Source: Piromyces finnis finn
Lineage: Eukaryota > Fungi > Neocallimastigomycota
Length of the DNA: 64,000 nucleotides
Assembly (NCBI GenBank): GCA_002104945.1
Contig: MCFH01000056.1
Coordinates: 1 to 64,000, forward strand
Direction of reading: 5' to 3'
Shown: positions 24,208 to 37,287 of the stretch, piece after piece
Layout: every line of letters begins with the position of its first letter
Position numbering within the stretch: the first letter of the stretch is position 1
Program-made: the position numbers and the translations under genes
Notes under the pieces: generated by a model
Database searches by the model: none
Told to the model about the DNA's origin: nothing
What the model saw: only the letters and a program-made list of their open reading frames with translations

Positions 24208-27200
24208 TATCTGTTGTTCCATTTCGTAGGGACCGAGTTTCCGAGGGGTAAATTTTTTATTTCTCTTAACTAAATTATTATTAATTAACCATACTTTTTC
24301 TCCTGGTTTGAATGAGGGGCCTGGTTGTCTATGTCTATTGGCAATAAGTTCTTGTTTCTTTTGAGCTTCCGAAAGATTTTTCTTGAGGATGCTGATTATA
24401 TCCTTTAGTTCTTTTGTGTAATCTTCAGCTCTTGGTACTTCACTTGTTGGAATTGTTGGATTAAAATTAGGATGGAACTCATAGTTCAAGAAGAAGGGTG
24501 TTTGTTTTGCAGATTCTTGAACTGAATTATTGTAACTAAACCCGACTAGACTTAAGTATTCGATCCAGTTAGTGCCTTTGTAATTTGAGAAGCAGCGTAG
24601 ATATTGCTCTACAACGGAGTTTACTCTCTACGTCTGGCCATTGGATTGGTGATGATAAGCAGAAGAGTATTTCAAATCAAGCAATCTTGAGAGTAGCAAA
24701 GAATTTCTTCCAAAACTTTGAAGTGAACTGAGTACCTTGGTCGAGAACAATGTCGGAGGGGCATCCATGAAGTTTGAAGACATTGTTAATAAAAGCTTCA
24801 GCAGCACGTTCAGCAGTCGGAACTTTTTCAAGAGGGATAAAGTGAGCCATTTTTGTCAAACGATCAATGACAAAGATATAGGTAAATCCACGAGAAGAGA
24901 GGAGGTCAGTGATAAAATCCATAGCAATGGATGACCATGGACGTTCACCTAAGGGAAGAGTGGATAGTAACCCGTAAGGTTTATGTCTAGAGGGTTTCGA
25001 ACGAGAGCAGACATCACAAGAACGAACATAATCCTTAACATCCTAATACATTTTGAGCTACCAGTAGTTACTGGAAATCAAGGATAAAGTTTTCGAAATA
25101 CCAAAATGGCCGGCAGCAGGGGAGTCATGACAAGAAGACAGAATTTCAACGCGACAATCATTAGGGACATAGATTTTATTTTGGAAAATGAGAATGTTGT
25201 TACTAAGTTTGAAGTCAGAAGAACAATTATCAATATGAAGCTGATTAGTAGTCTCAATGGAAAATTTGTCAAGTTTACAAGAGAGAACAATTTTTCAAGA
25301 AGAGAAATAGGAGTTGATGAAATAAAGCAGGAACTGAAATTTTCGGGACGAAAGACGGAGTTATGAGAGTCAGAATTGCAAGAGTGATCAATATAGACAA
25401 GTCTTCTTGACAAGGCATCGGTTTTTCCGTTAGAAGAACCAGGGCGATATTCAATAACAAAATCGAATTCAGCAAGGAAAAGGGACCATCTAATTAACCT
25501 CTGAGTCATCTTCTCCGGCTTCTTCTGAAAAAGGAGGTTTCTGTTGTCTGATATAATTTTGAAAGTATGATTTGCACCTTTCAAAAATGTCTCCACACTT
25601 CCAAAGACGCGACGATAGCCAAAAATTCTTTGTCATAGTCATAGATGGGGTAATTCTTTTCTGGATTTGTAAGGGATCTAGAAAAGAACGCAACAGAGTG
25701 AAGAATATTGTCGGATTTGTTAACTTGAGACAATACAGCACCGATTGCAAAATTACTTGCATCTGTCTCAACCACAAAAGGTAATTCAGGATCGGCATGA
25801 ATTAAAATTGGTTCTTCGAAAAAGAATTTCTTTAAAGTACAAAAAGCTTCATTACATTCTTCTGACCAATTAAAATTAACATCTTTCTTTGTTAGATTAT
25901 GTAACGGTTTGGCAATACTAGCAAAGTTTGGAATAAATCTTCTATAATAATTACATAATCCGATAAATGATTGCACTTCTTTAACAGATGTTAGTACATG
26001 CCATTCCATAATAGCTTTAACCTTCTTTGGATCCATAGAGATTCCTTTATCTGAGATAACATGCCCTAAGAAAGTAGTTTCTGAAGTTTCAAATTTGCAT
26101 TTATTAAGTTTCGCATACAATCCATTTTCTTTTAATATTTGAAGATCTTTCTTTACGTGCTTTCGATGTTCTTCTAAGTTTTTCGAATAGATAAGAATAT
26201 CATCAATATAAGAAAAAGCGAATTCATCCAAGTATTCCCCGAGAACATCATTGATAAAATGTTGGAAAGTTGCAGGAGCGTTTTTCAATCCAAACAGCAT
26301 GACAAGATATTCAAAGTGACCAAATCTTGTCCTAAAGGCAGTTTTATATTCATCACCTTCATTTATTCGAACTAGATTATAAGCAGACTTGAGATCAAGT
26401 TTAGTAAAGACTTTAGCTTCCCTTAATCTATCGAATAATTCAGATATGAGAAGCAACGGATATGAATCTCTGATTGTGTTTTCATTGAGTCTTCGATAGT
26501 CAACGCACAATCTTAAAGAAAAAAATTTGAATTTGAATTCAAGAGTTTGATCCTTAAAGCTGATTATAGGATCATGTTTTCTTAACCAATTCTTGCCCAG
26601 AATGACAGAAATACCAGAAGGAAGATCGGTAAGGTAGAATTGAATGGATTTCTTATGATTCTTGATATTCATGATCAAAGGAATTGTTTCATACTTCAAG
26701 AATCCATTACCACCTATACCTTCAACATACTTATCCTTAAACATTCTTTGGAATGGAATATTTATCAACATCCATCCAATCCAAGAAATCTAAGTCCGAA
26801 CCAGAATCCACAAGAGCCTTAAGATAAACACCACTGTTAACTTGTAGCAAGATGTCATAAACATTCAACATTCTTCTTCCAGCGGTAGTAGCCATAAACG
26901 CTTTTGGTCTATTTATAACCTTATTCTTAAGTTTTTGACAATCCTTCTTAATATGACCTGTTCTTTTTTTGCAGAAAAAGCATTTTCTTGGTTTGATCGA
27001 ATTTTGGTAGTCTTCTTGATCCATATAGTTATTATATTTGGTTCCATAAGAAGCATATCTGTTAGTTCCTAAGTTTCTATTATATCTTCTAACTTTCTTT
27101 CCGTCAACCTCCATGGGATCTTTTCCATAAATCTTCCATTCAACTTCGACATTAGCGGCAACCTCATTGATCAATTCGGTAAGTTTTCAAATTTTTTGAT

Positions 27201-28173
27201 ACAGTAGCCTTGCTTTCTCCTTGACGGATGGTGGTAGTCCTTCCATAAAGAAATAGATCTTTACTTCATCATTAAATGAAGAGTCCCTGGCCATCTTCTC
27301 AAAAACTTCACAGTATTCCATTACGTTCTTGAATTGTCCTGCTTTTATCTTCACCAACCGACTGTTAGCTACGTCGGCGCTGTTACAAGTCTTGTAGCGA
27401 GCCTTCATTGCCTCAATAAAATCTTCGTAAGAGTTCAACAGGGGGCTTTCTTTTCTTTCTAAGTCGGCAAACCATTCGGCGGCGGCTCCTTCCAGGTAGC
27501 ATTCCAAGATATCCAGCTTGTAGGCGTCGGTATCATCTTCTTCTAGGTTATACTTGAAGTACTTCTCCAGTCTTGCCAGGAAGTAAAGAAGTTCACTTTT
27601 TTTCCTGAAAAACTTGGTTTTTGGGATGAGTTTTCCCCTGGTGTTAACGCTTTTACCAGTCTCATCCTCAATATCCATCATGGAACTCGCCTCAGAGCCT
27701 GCATCACTGACTCCAGCTATTCCATCGTCACGGTTGTTTATTCTTAAATAACTATTTCTATCCATTTTACTATTACTTAATAAACAACAAATTATTAACC
27801 AATAATTAATATTCCAATTATATTTACTCAACTTTATTATCTATACTTATTTTAAATTTTCTTTTATTAGTAACTAAAACCAAATAATGTATTATACTAT
27901 TATTAACTAAACTAGTATTTTTATATTATTACTATTTATTAATTATTAACTATTAAACTATTTTAACAACAAATTATTCTATACCAAATAATTTTAAAAT
28001 ACCCCTAAATTAACTAAAATTAATTTCTAACAACAAAAAAAAATTTTTTTTTAATATTAATATTCTATAATCCACGAATTTAATTCTATTATTAAATTCT
28101 CACTATAATTAATTATTAATATATATTTTTTTCTATCACTATTTGTATACAAAGGTAAACTTTTATACTATCA

Positions 28174-28184
28174 AGTTGGAAAAT
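28174..28184 (-). promoter_or_regulatory. Self-priming PBS of family C (ATTTTCCAACT)
   Basis: Directly follows the LTR end on the minus strand. Perfect complement of AGTTGGAAAAT at 28406-28396, about 30 nt downstream of TATAAATA. Confidence 0.85.
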
Positions 28185-28934
28185 TGTAAAATAAGCTATA
28201 CTACAGTTCAGGTTTGTATACACTTAATAAACTAAACTAAATTTTAAATTATTTTTTTTTATTTATTATATTTTATTTATTTATTAAATTATTTTAAATA
28301 AACTAAACTAAAACAACCGTTGATTACTTTACCGTGAAGGTTATTTCACCCTCACTAGGTAATCAATTATTTTATTAATTAAACTAAACTATACGATTTT
28401 CCAACTATCGTTTCAGTAGTTGAAAATTTTACTTTATTTATACTTTTTTAATAAATTGAATAAATTCTAATATACATGTTTTAATATTATAATTTTACAT
28501 TGTTTACATTTATACATTTATTAAAAGAATTTATTTGTATTAAACTATTTAAATTCAATTTATTTACTAAAGAATTTTCTAAACTTAAAATAAAGTTTTG
28601 ATTTATTTACTTTATGGTTAATTATATTTCAAACATATATTTAATTTATTAATTTCTAATTTTGAGGCTTAGTTTATAAAAAATTTTTTTTTATTATCTA
28701 AAATATTTATTGGTTAAAAATTATATAATTTAAAATTTTATTTCATCATCAAAAACTTTATCTTATCATAAAATGAATTTTTTATAAATTTATGTTAATG
28801 TATTATGATGTAAATTTTTGTAATTGAAAAATGAATTTTACATAAATTTATATTAATGTATTGTGATGTAAATGTTTGTAAAAATTACGGTACATTAATT
28901 TGATACATTATACATTACTTTAAATACGTATTAA

Positions 28935-30591
28935 TGTAAAGTGGGCTTGGGTTGGTATGTAACTTGGTCAGAATGTTTTATATAATACAACTTAATCTAG
29001 AATAAGATATTAAACTTGTTTATTATTAAACCTTTTCTTTAAAACTTATTAAAGAATTTTAAATATTACTAATTTAAAAATTAAATAGGTTTTTATATTT
29101 AAAATAAAAATTTTGATATAATTTAATTATGAAATTTATTTATTAATTATTTATTTATGAAAATAATATTAATTAAGTTATATTATATTTGTAAAGAAAT
29201 GTGTTCTTAACAATAAAAGAAATTTATAATAATTTACTAAAATAACTTAGTAAATATAAAACACTTTTAATTACTGTTAATTATTAATATTTAAAATTAT
29301 TATTAAAAACACACAATTTCTAACTTAATAGGTTAGTGTTTAACAATAATTTATTAATTAATAAAAACTCGATTTTCTTAAATTATTTAGAAAAATTCAC
29401 TCGTATTTATATAAAATTTTTTAAAATTAATTTAAAAGATTTTTTACAACTTAAATTTCTTAACCAATCAAAGAATTTCGTGTTGGTAAAGAAAAATCAA
29501 AATAAAAAATTAAAATAAAATAAATAAAGAAAGTAATTTAGAGGTCTCGAACTCAAAATATTCGGACCAAAGTCTTAGTTACTAACCACTAAGACAATTT
29601 CATTATTTCTACGATTCGTTACAATATTATATATTATAGTTAATAGTTAATTAATAATCTTACAAAGAATTTCAAAAATGATTTTAATTCTTTGTTTAAA
29701 TACTTTTTTCTTACAATTAATAAAATTACATTGATATTAATATTGATATTAATAATAAAGATAAAAATAAAATAATTTAAAATTAAAACATTAATAATTG
29801 ATATTGATATTAATAATATGAATTCATATGATAGATCTTAAGATTAATCTTTTAAATTACTTTAAAAATAAAAGTATTGTTTTAACCATTTTAAATTGTA
29901 AATATTTAATATTATAAATTGAGAATAACAATTACTGATACTAATTATATATTCTCATAATTAATTAATTAATAATTATAACTAATGATTTTTGATCCAA
30001 AGGCTTTTTTGGTTTGATTATGATTGAGGTTATTAATCAAAATTATTTAAAAATAATTAATTAATTTTTATAATTGATCAGGTTTGGAATCAAGAATACT
30101 TATTATCTAACTTTATTTAATAATAATGGAGAATTTTTTAAATTGAATTATTTATAGAAAGTTGGATAACTTGAATAATGACTTTAATTATACAAATTAA
30201 TATTGATCATTTTAATATATATTTATTGGAACTAATCAATTCTTTAAATAGTTATATCTCAAGAACTAGTTGTCTATATTAGCTGAAAATTTGTGAGAAT
30301 ATAGATCTCAACTAGTACTTTCTAATAAAATTGATTTGAAGTCTCTTGAAAATAAAAATAGGACGCGAGATTCCGAAGTTATCCCTAGTTTCGTATAATG
30401 TATTTTTTTCAAGGGTTAATTTATTGAAAATTAAATTTTTGTGATCCTTAACCCTTTTCAATATAAAATTTTTTCAAGTGATCTTTTAATTATTTTTAAA
30501 AGTACTTTATAATTTTTGAAATATAAATTTGATTTTTAAATTGTTTATTTGAATATTTAATTTATTTTTTAATCGTCTTCTATTCTTGACA
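28935..30591. mobile_element. B-lineage LTR (family O) inserted in the C LTR and itself containing an H LTR
   Basis: TGTAAAG...GGTCAGAATG start and ...TATTCTTGACA end. TSD ATTAA. Confidence 0.8.
29190..29623 (-). mobile_element. Family H solo LTR
   Basis: TGTAAAGAAATG...ATTCGTTACA with TSD ATATT. Confidence 0.92.
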
Positions 30592-30596
30592 ATTAA

Positions 30597-31500
30597 TGTA
30601 AAAGTTTTACTAAACTTATAATTTAATATCAAAATATTAAATTAAATAAAAGGTTAAAAGATAACTAGGTTAGAAAAAAATGTTTTATTAAAATAATCAT
30701 AATTATTTTATAAACGAATAGTTAAATTATATATTGTGGTTAAAATAATTTCTTTTATATTTTATTTAAATAAAATATTAATAAAGAATATAATAGTAAG
30801 ATTATTTAATAGCAATAATTATTAAGTATTAATTATTGTTAATTATTAATATTACTTATTTTTATTATTATTATTATTACTTATTGTTATTAATTATTAA
30901 TAATCTTTACAAAGATTTTAATTTCATAAACTATTCTAAACTATTTATACTATTTGTAATTTTACATTTAATAATAAAATAAGTTTTAATACATGATTAT
31001 ATTCATAATATATTTTATAATACTAAAACTAAAGACTTATTACTAATTATTAAAAATAACTATTGCTTATAATATTTATAATATTAATTATTTCTTAATT
31101 ATAATATAATTTATTGTATATAATATTAATAATTATAATATTCTAATTCAAAGATTATAAGTTATGTTATTGAAATAATAATTATAAAATAAAGTTAATT
31201 AATTCCGGAAAATAATTTTAATTTAATTAAAACAATAATTTATATCCTTTGAGTGAATGATTTATGTTTGATACATCAAGGATAATCATTCTCTGAATAA
31301 ACAATTAATCATTACTAACAAAATATCTTTAAATTGGAATATCTCGTGAACCAGCAGAGATATTGACCTGATTTTAAGATATGTTGTTTATCTTGAGCGT
31401 GGCTTTCTAACGCACATAGTTTCATCCAAAATATTTTCATTCAAAAATCGCCATTCGTTGAGGATTTACGATTGTTTTTCCTTATTAAATTATGACGATA
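30597..31500. repeat. Probable further LTR starting right after the ATTAA duplication; right end not seen
   Basis: ATTAA|TGTAAAAG start. Has a GC-richer internal patch, as in the B LTR. Truncated by an A fragment. Confidence 0.4.
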
Positions 31501-31519
31501 ACGGCTAAAGTTATTTATT

Positions 31520-31784
31520 ATAAAATTATTAACTATTATTATAGTTATTAATTTACTTTAATACTAACGCTAAAGTATTTAGCGTTTGTTTACAATCTGT
31601 TCTATTTAACTATTCTAGTTTATTTCCTTTACCACTTGATTGGGTAAGGCAAATAAACTTCCTATTTAATTAATAACCATTAATATATAGTTATGTATAT
31701 ATCTGGCCAATAAATGGTAACCAGAATATATGGTTTCAATTGAAATATATGTGGACAAACTTATGGTCACAAATATTTCTTACA
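31520..31784 (-). mobile_element. Family A LTR, 5' part (truncated)
   Basis: Reverse complement of the first ~265 bp of the A LTR. Confidence 0.85.
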
Positions 31785-31788
31785 CAAT

Positions 31789-32175
31789 TGTTATAACTCT
31801 CAGGATAGCTCAGTGGTTCTGATTTAGTATGGATTATGTCATTGGTTCGAATTCTACTGTTTACTTTTTATTGTTATATTTTAATTAAATGAATAGTTAG
31901 ATAAATTATATTTAAATTAAATGTATGAATAATTATAAATTAGATAATTTAATATTAATGTAAAATCCAATCATGTATTATAGAATTAGAACTAACGAAT
32001 ATAAATAACCATGTATTATTTTTATTTTATGCTCTTTAAGCTATTATTAACATTGAATAATAATAAATAAAATAATATAAAATCCTAAATAATATTGTTT
32101 ATTTAATTTTGTGTTTTTATTTATTTGTTTGTTTTATTTATTATTATTTCCTACAACAACCTAGTTCTCGTTACA
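31789..32175. mobile_element. Family L solo LTR with tRNA-like A/B boxes near its left end
   Basis: TGTTA...GTTACA; flanks ACAAT/ATAAT (one mismatch). TAGCTCAGTGG at 31806 and GGTTCGAATTC at 31844. Confidence 0.65.
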
Positions 32176-32545
32176 ATAATTCATTATTATTTTAAAATAT
32201 ATTAAATATTAATATTTTATTTTAAAAAGTTAAAACAAAAAGGAAATTATAAATGCATGTAGTTATTTCCTAATTTTAAAAAAATCAATCAATACTTTTA
32301 ATAAATTTAATAACTAAAAGTTGATTCAAAAATACATTTAAAAATTGTATTTCTAAAACATAACTTTTATATTTTGTTAATAGTGGTTATGTTTAATTAA
32401 AATATTTCAAATAATTTAATAAATAAAATTTGATTTTAAATCTTTTCCCCTTATTCAATAATTAATTGATAAGAATATTATCACTTTTATAAATTTTTTT
32501 AATTATAAATTAAGATAATAAATAACTCTTATCAGATTCGTTACA
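32176..32545. repeat. Family K LTR-like repeat
   Basis: Homologous to 11210-11552. Ends ATTCGTTACA. Confidence 0.6.
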
Positions 32546-32644
32546 CTAATACTATTTCCATAGTAAAATTTAAATTTTGATATTCACTCATAATAGTAGT
32601 TATTGACGCTGAAAATGAATTTCCACTACTGTATGCATAATCAC

Positions 32645-33436
32645 TGTAAAGATATAATATATATCTTTAGATTATTTAATAATTAATTATTAATTATTAA
32701 ATAATAAATTAATATTTAGTAAAACTGACTATAAAATTTTTGAGTAAATTTTATGGAATAATTTAATAATAAATTATTTTATAATAATTCCGTTAAATTT
32801 AAATTAAGATAAATATTTAAGTTTAAGGAATAAAAGAATTTTAATTAAATTTAAATATTTCAAATATTTTAAATAATTAAAATATTTTTCAAATACTTTT
32901 TATTTAATTTTAGAATAGATTATACTTTTTTATTTAAATTTAGAATAGTTTAATAATTTTAACTTAGTTTTAAAAATAGATTTATTTATATTTCAATAGG
33001 AAATATATTAAGAATAGTATTAATAATATTAAATTAATTTATAGAAAATACATGGGCTTTATTCAATTTTGAGTTTACTCAAATTGAATTAAAAGTATAA
33101 TGAATTAGTTTAGTTTAGTTCTGTTATTTTATTATTTAATTAAATTAGTTTTGTTTATTTTATATTAAATATATGTTTATTTAAATAGAATAATATATTA
33201 GAATATAATTATGAAAAAATATAAATACATGTAATTTTTATTTGTTAAATCGATGTAATTGTTATTTTCAATTTTTTAATTATTAACTATTATATAGTTA
33301 ATAATATTTTTAAGAGTTTAAATAAAAATGTTTTTTTTTTAAAATAAAAATTTAATGTTTTATTTTTTTATTTTTGTGTTAATAAAAATTGTTTTGTTTT
33401 AAGTATAAAATCTGTTTTAAATTTTATACTTTTACA
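32645..33436. mobile_element. Family I solo LTR
   Basis: TSD ATCAC. Confidence 0.93.
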
Positions 33437-33488
33437 ATCACAACTATCTTTTTTATTACAAAAATAAACATAATAGGGTGCATATATA

Positions 33489-33757
33489 TGTAAAGATATC
33501 AAACGCCTCAACTTGATATCTTTAATGTAACTTAAGCCACAAGTATTATTGTTTAAGTTACACAAATTATATTCAGAAAAAGAAAATGAGACATAATTTA
33601 TTTATTAATAATTAAAGTTTGAAACAAAATAAATTATTAATAAATAAATTATGTCTCATTTTCTTTTTATGTAATATAATTTGTGTAACTTAAACAATAA
33701 TATTTATGGCTTAAGTTACATTAAAGATATCAATCTGTGGCATTTGATATCTTTACA
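33489..33757. repeat. Fold-back palindrome made of two inverted family G LTR ends
   Basis: Arms of roughly 120 bp, both ending in the GATATCTTTACA terminus. Flanks ATATA/ATAGC do not match. Confidence 0.85.
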
Positions 33758-34091
33758 ATAGCTGTTCAATAATTATTATCATTTGTAGGAGAATAGCAAT
33801 AGTTTGAAGATAATGAATAATAAACAGCATTATCTGTAATATTAATAGCACATTTTACTATTCTATCATTTATATTTTAAAATTCACTACTTTTAAAATT
33901 AAAACTTCTATCTATAAAAAATATATCGATATCTTTTTCGGAAGATTCGGGATAGTAATAATTAGTATCTGTAAAATTACTTAACATACTAATTAATTAA
34001 TATTTATTATAATATTTATTATTATTTATTATTTAATACATTATTTAATACATAATTTGATACTGTAACGTATAAAGGTTTTGTACCTTTT

Positions 34092-35434
34092 TGTAAAATA
34101 AGCTAACCTAAGTTCAGGTTTGTATACAATTCAACTAAACTAACAAATTATTTTTATTTATTATATTTTATTTATTTATTAAATTATTTAAACTAAACTA
34201 AACTATAACAACCGTTGATTACTTTACCGTGAAGGTTATTTTACCAGAGCCCTCACTAGGTAATCAATTTATACTTATTTAAAATTAAAATTATTAATCT
34301 AAACTATAAACTATTTATCTATACTAAATTAACCTATACGATTTTCCAACTATCGTTTCAATAGTTGAAAAATTTTCTTTATTTATACTTTTTAAATAAA
34401 TTGAATAAATTCTAATATGCATGTTTTAATATTATAATTTTACATTGTTTACATTTATACATTTATTAAAAGAAATTATTTGTATTAAACTATTTAAATT
34501 CAATTTATTTACTAAAGAATTTTCTAAACTTAAAATAAAGTTTTGATTTATTTACTATATGGTTAATTATATTTCAAACATATATTCAATTTATTTATTT
34601 CTAATTTTGAGGCTTAGTTTATAAAAAAATTTTTTTTATTATCTAAAATATTTATTGGTTAAAAATTTATTTAATTTAAAATCTTATTTTATTATCAAAA
34701 ACTTTATCTTATCATAAAATTAAATTTTACATAAATTTATGTTAATGTATTGTGATATAAATTTTGATATAAGTTTCTTTTATGTTGTAGTAATTTAATA
34801 TTAGTTTATTTATAATTTATTATATTAGGTGAAAAATATTTTATTACTATTAACTTCTCTCTTATTAATAATTTCACTTATAATATTTTCTTATTAATTA
34901 TTAAAGCTCTTCCCTTTCTAATTATTAATTATTTTTTACATGAATATTTTTATATTATAAAATTCCTATAATATAATTGAATATCAATTATATAATGTAA
35001 TGTATTCATAATATATGAATAATAATTAAATAGGATATAGTATAATATATTTTACATTTTATATGAAATATTACTATATAAGGAAAGGTAATGTAATACA
35101 AATAAGTATTACAATAAAATTAATACTAATATATAATATTAATATTTAAGAATATAATGAAATATGTACATGAATTCTATAACTAATATGTAAATAATGT
35201 ATTATAATATATATCAATTATTATATTATTATTATGAAATATTATATATAAATTTCTAAAGATGAAATTGAATATTTTAAATAATAAAAATTATTTTAAA
35301 TATTGGCTAATATGTAGCTAGACATATTAATTTCATATCAATTTTATGAAAATTTACGGTACATTAATTTAATACATTATACATTATTTTAAATACGTAT
35401 TAAATACATTATTCTATTAATACAATATTTTACA
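34092..35434 (-). mobile_element. Family C solo LTR (with E insertion), inserted in a D LTR start at 34064
   Basis: TGTAAAATAAG...ATTTTACA with TSD CTTTT. Confidence 0.92.
34765..35340 (-). mobile_element. Family E solo LTR
   Basis: Near-identical to the LTRs of 51866-59475. 4-bp TSD ATTT. Confidence 0.94.
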
Positions 35435-35448
35435 CTTTTCACCAAAAT

Positions 35449-35848
35449 TGTATTTCGGGGTTCTCCAAGCTGGCTTCGCCGTCAGGTTGTTGGACGCTGA
35501 CCTACTTGTCATGTGTTCGACTCCGGATTATTTATATTATGGATTAAATATAGCGATTGCTATTTTTAATCCATAATATTTGTCTATTTCTATTTCTTCT
35601 TTTTTATTTAAATAATTGAAGTTACCAATCAATATGAATAATGTTTATTCATAATTATTAAATAAGAATATTTATAAATAGTAAATATAAATAATTTATA
35701 AAATTCATGTAAATTTAGTCTTTAGAATTAGTATTAAGGTTAATTTGTATTAATAATATTAAATAATCAAATTATTAATAAAATATACTATTAATACAAA
35801 AAATAGTTAATTAGTATTGTGTTAACCTGAGTCTCTCGCGTTGTTACA
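35449..35848. repeat. Possible LTR (TGTA...TTACA) with a GC-rich head
   Basis: Termini only. No TSD and no second copy in the window. Confidence 0.4.
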
Positions 35849-36043
35849 GATACATTAATTAAATGCATTGTTTTATTACATTAATTTAGTTGTATCAGTT
35901 TAACCAATCCATGTATAATGTATTAAATTAATATAAAAGAATAATCTTGATTCTCTTTTGAGAAATTAAGAGTTATTATTATATAAATTTATTAATAAAA
36001 TAAAGTATTAATTATTTTAAAAGTAATGTTTATTTAACGTGCG

Positions 36044-36837
36044 TGTAAAGATATAATATATATCTTTAGATTATTTAATAATTAATTATTAATTATTAAA
36101 TAATAAATTAATATTTAGTAAAATTGATTATAAAATTTTTGAATAAATTTTATGGAATAATTTAATAATAAATTATTCTATAATAAATCCGTTAAATTTA
36201 AATTAAGATAAATATTTAAGTTTAAGGAATAAAAGAATTTTAATTAAATTTAAATATTTCAAATATTTTAAATAATTAAGATATTTTTTTAAATACTTTT
36301 TATTTAATTTTAGAATAGATTATACTTTTTTATTTAAATTTAGAATAGCTTAATAATTTTAACTTAGCTTTAAAAATAGATGTGTTTATATTTCAATAGG
36401 AAATATATTAAGAATAGTATTGATAATATTAAATTAATTTATAGATAATACATGGGCTTTATTCAATTTTGAGTTTACTCAAATTGAATTAAAAGTATAA
36501 TGAATTAGTTTAGTTTAGTTCTGTTATTTTACTATTTAATTAAATTAGTTTTGTTTATTTTATATTAAATATATGTTTATTTAAATAGAATAATATATTA
36601 GAATATAATTATGAAAAAATATAAATACATGTAATTTTTGTTTATTAAATCGATGTAATTGTTATTTTCAATTTTTTAATTATTAACTATTATATAGTTA
36701 ATAATATTTTTAAGAGTTTAAATAAAAAATGTTTTTTTTTTAAAAATAAAAATTTAATGTTTTATTTTTTATTTTTGTGTTAATAAAAATTGTTTTGTTT
36801 TAAGTATAAAATCTGTTTTAAATTTTATACTTTTACA
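36044..36837. mobile_element. Family I solo LTR
   Basis: TSD GTGCG. Confidence 0.93.
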
Positions 36838-37287
36838 GTGCGCTTTTATATTTATTTTTTAATATTTAATATTTTTATTTATTAGTATTTTTATATAATA
36901 AACTCGAAATTAATGTCTTTGTAATGAGGTATATCTAATGATAAGGGTTAGACTAGAAAATCATTAAGGTTAGATTAATGAAAATTTCACAATTATATTT
37001 TTATAACCAATCATTAAGTAATTAATTCACTTATCAAATTGTATTAAAAAAAAATAATTTTCATGTATAAAAGAGAGAATAAGAAAGATAAAATAGTTCT
37101 TTAGTGTTTTTATTAATAATTAATAAAAATTAGTTTTTTTGTTTCGTCTTTAGTTTGATAATACACTGACCTAGCGAGTTAGTCGTATTATAATAATAAA
37201 TTTAATAAATAAACATTATTAAAAAAAAATACATATATATTTGATACATTAAAGTGTGTGTGTTTATTATTATAATATTTCGTTACA

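Larger units (their letters stand above)
23568..28934 (-). mobile_element. Defective chimeric chromoviral Gypsy element: family C 5' LTR (28185-28934), gag, PR and RT joined to F-type RNase H and integrase
   Basis: Gag ORFs 27187-27831 and 26737-27174 (CFFC..GH....C knuckle, VDSGS protease). RT with YIDDILIYS in 25581-26771, with a deletion between PR and RT. RNase H ETDAS and frameshifted integrase pieces down to 23568. Confidence 0.92.
32546..33990 (-). pseudogene. Subtilisin-like (S8) serine protease remnant
   Basis: DTNYYYPESSEKDIDIFFIDRSFNF (catalytic Asp region), NY*TAI (His region), IYAPYYV...SSGNSFSAS (catalytic Ser region, GTSF-like). Split by the I LTR and the G fold-back, with the middle deleted. 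Confidence 0.75.

Noticed and set aside
24628-25798. Several short overlapping ORFs on both strands
   Set aside because: Frameshifted pieces or antisense shadows of the F-type RNase H/integrase.
29336-29518. 60-aa ORF
   Set aside because: Lies inside an H solo LTR; other H copies do not keep the frame.
33368-33565. 65-aa Cys-containing ORF
   Set aside because: Chance fusion of G LTR, S8 remnant and I LTR sequence.
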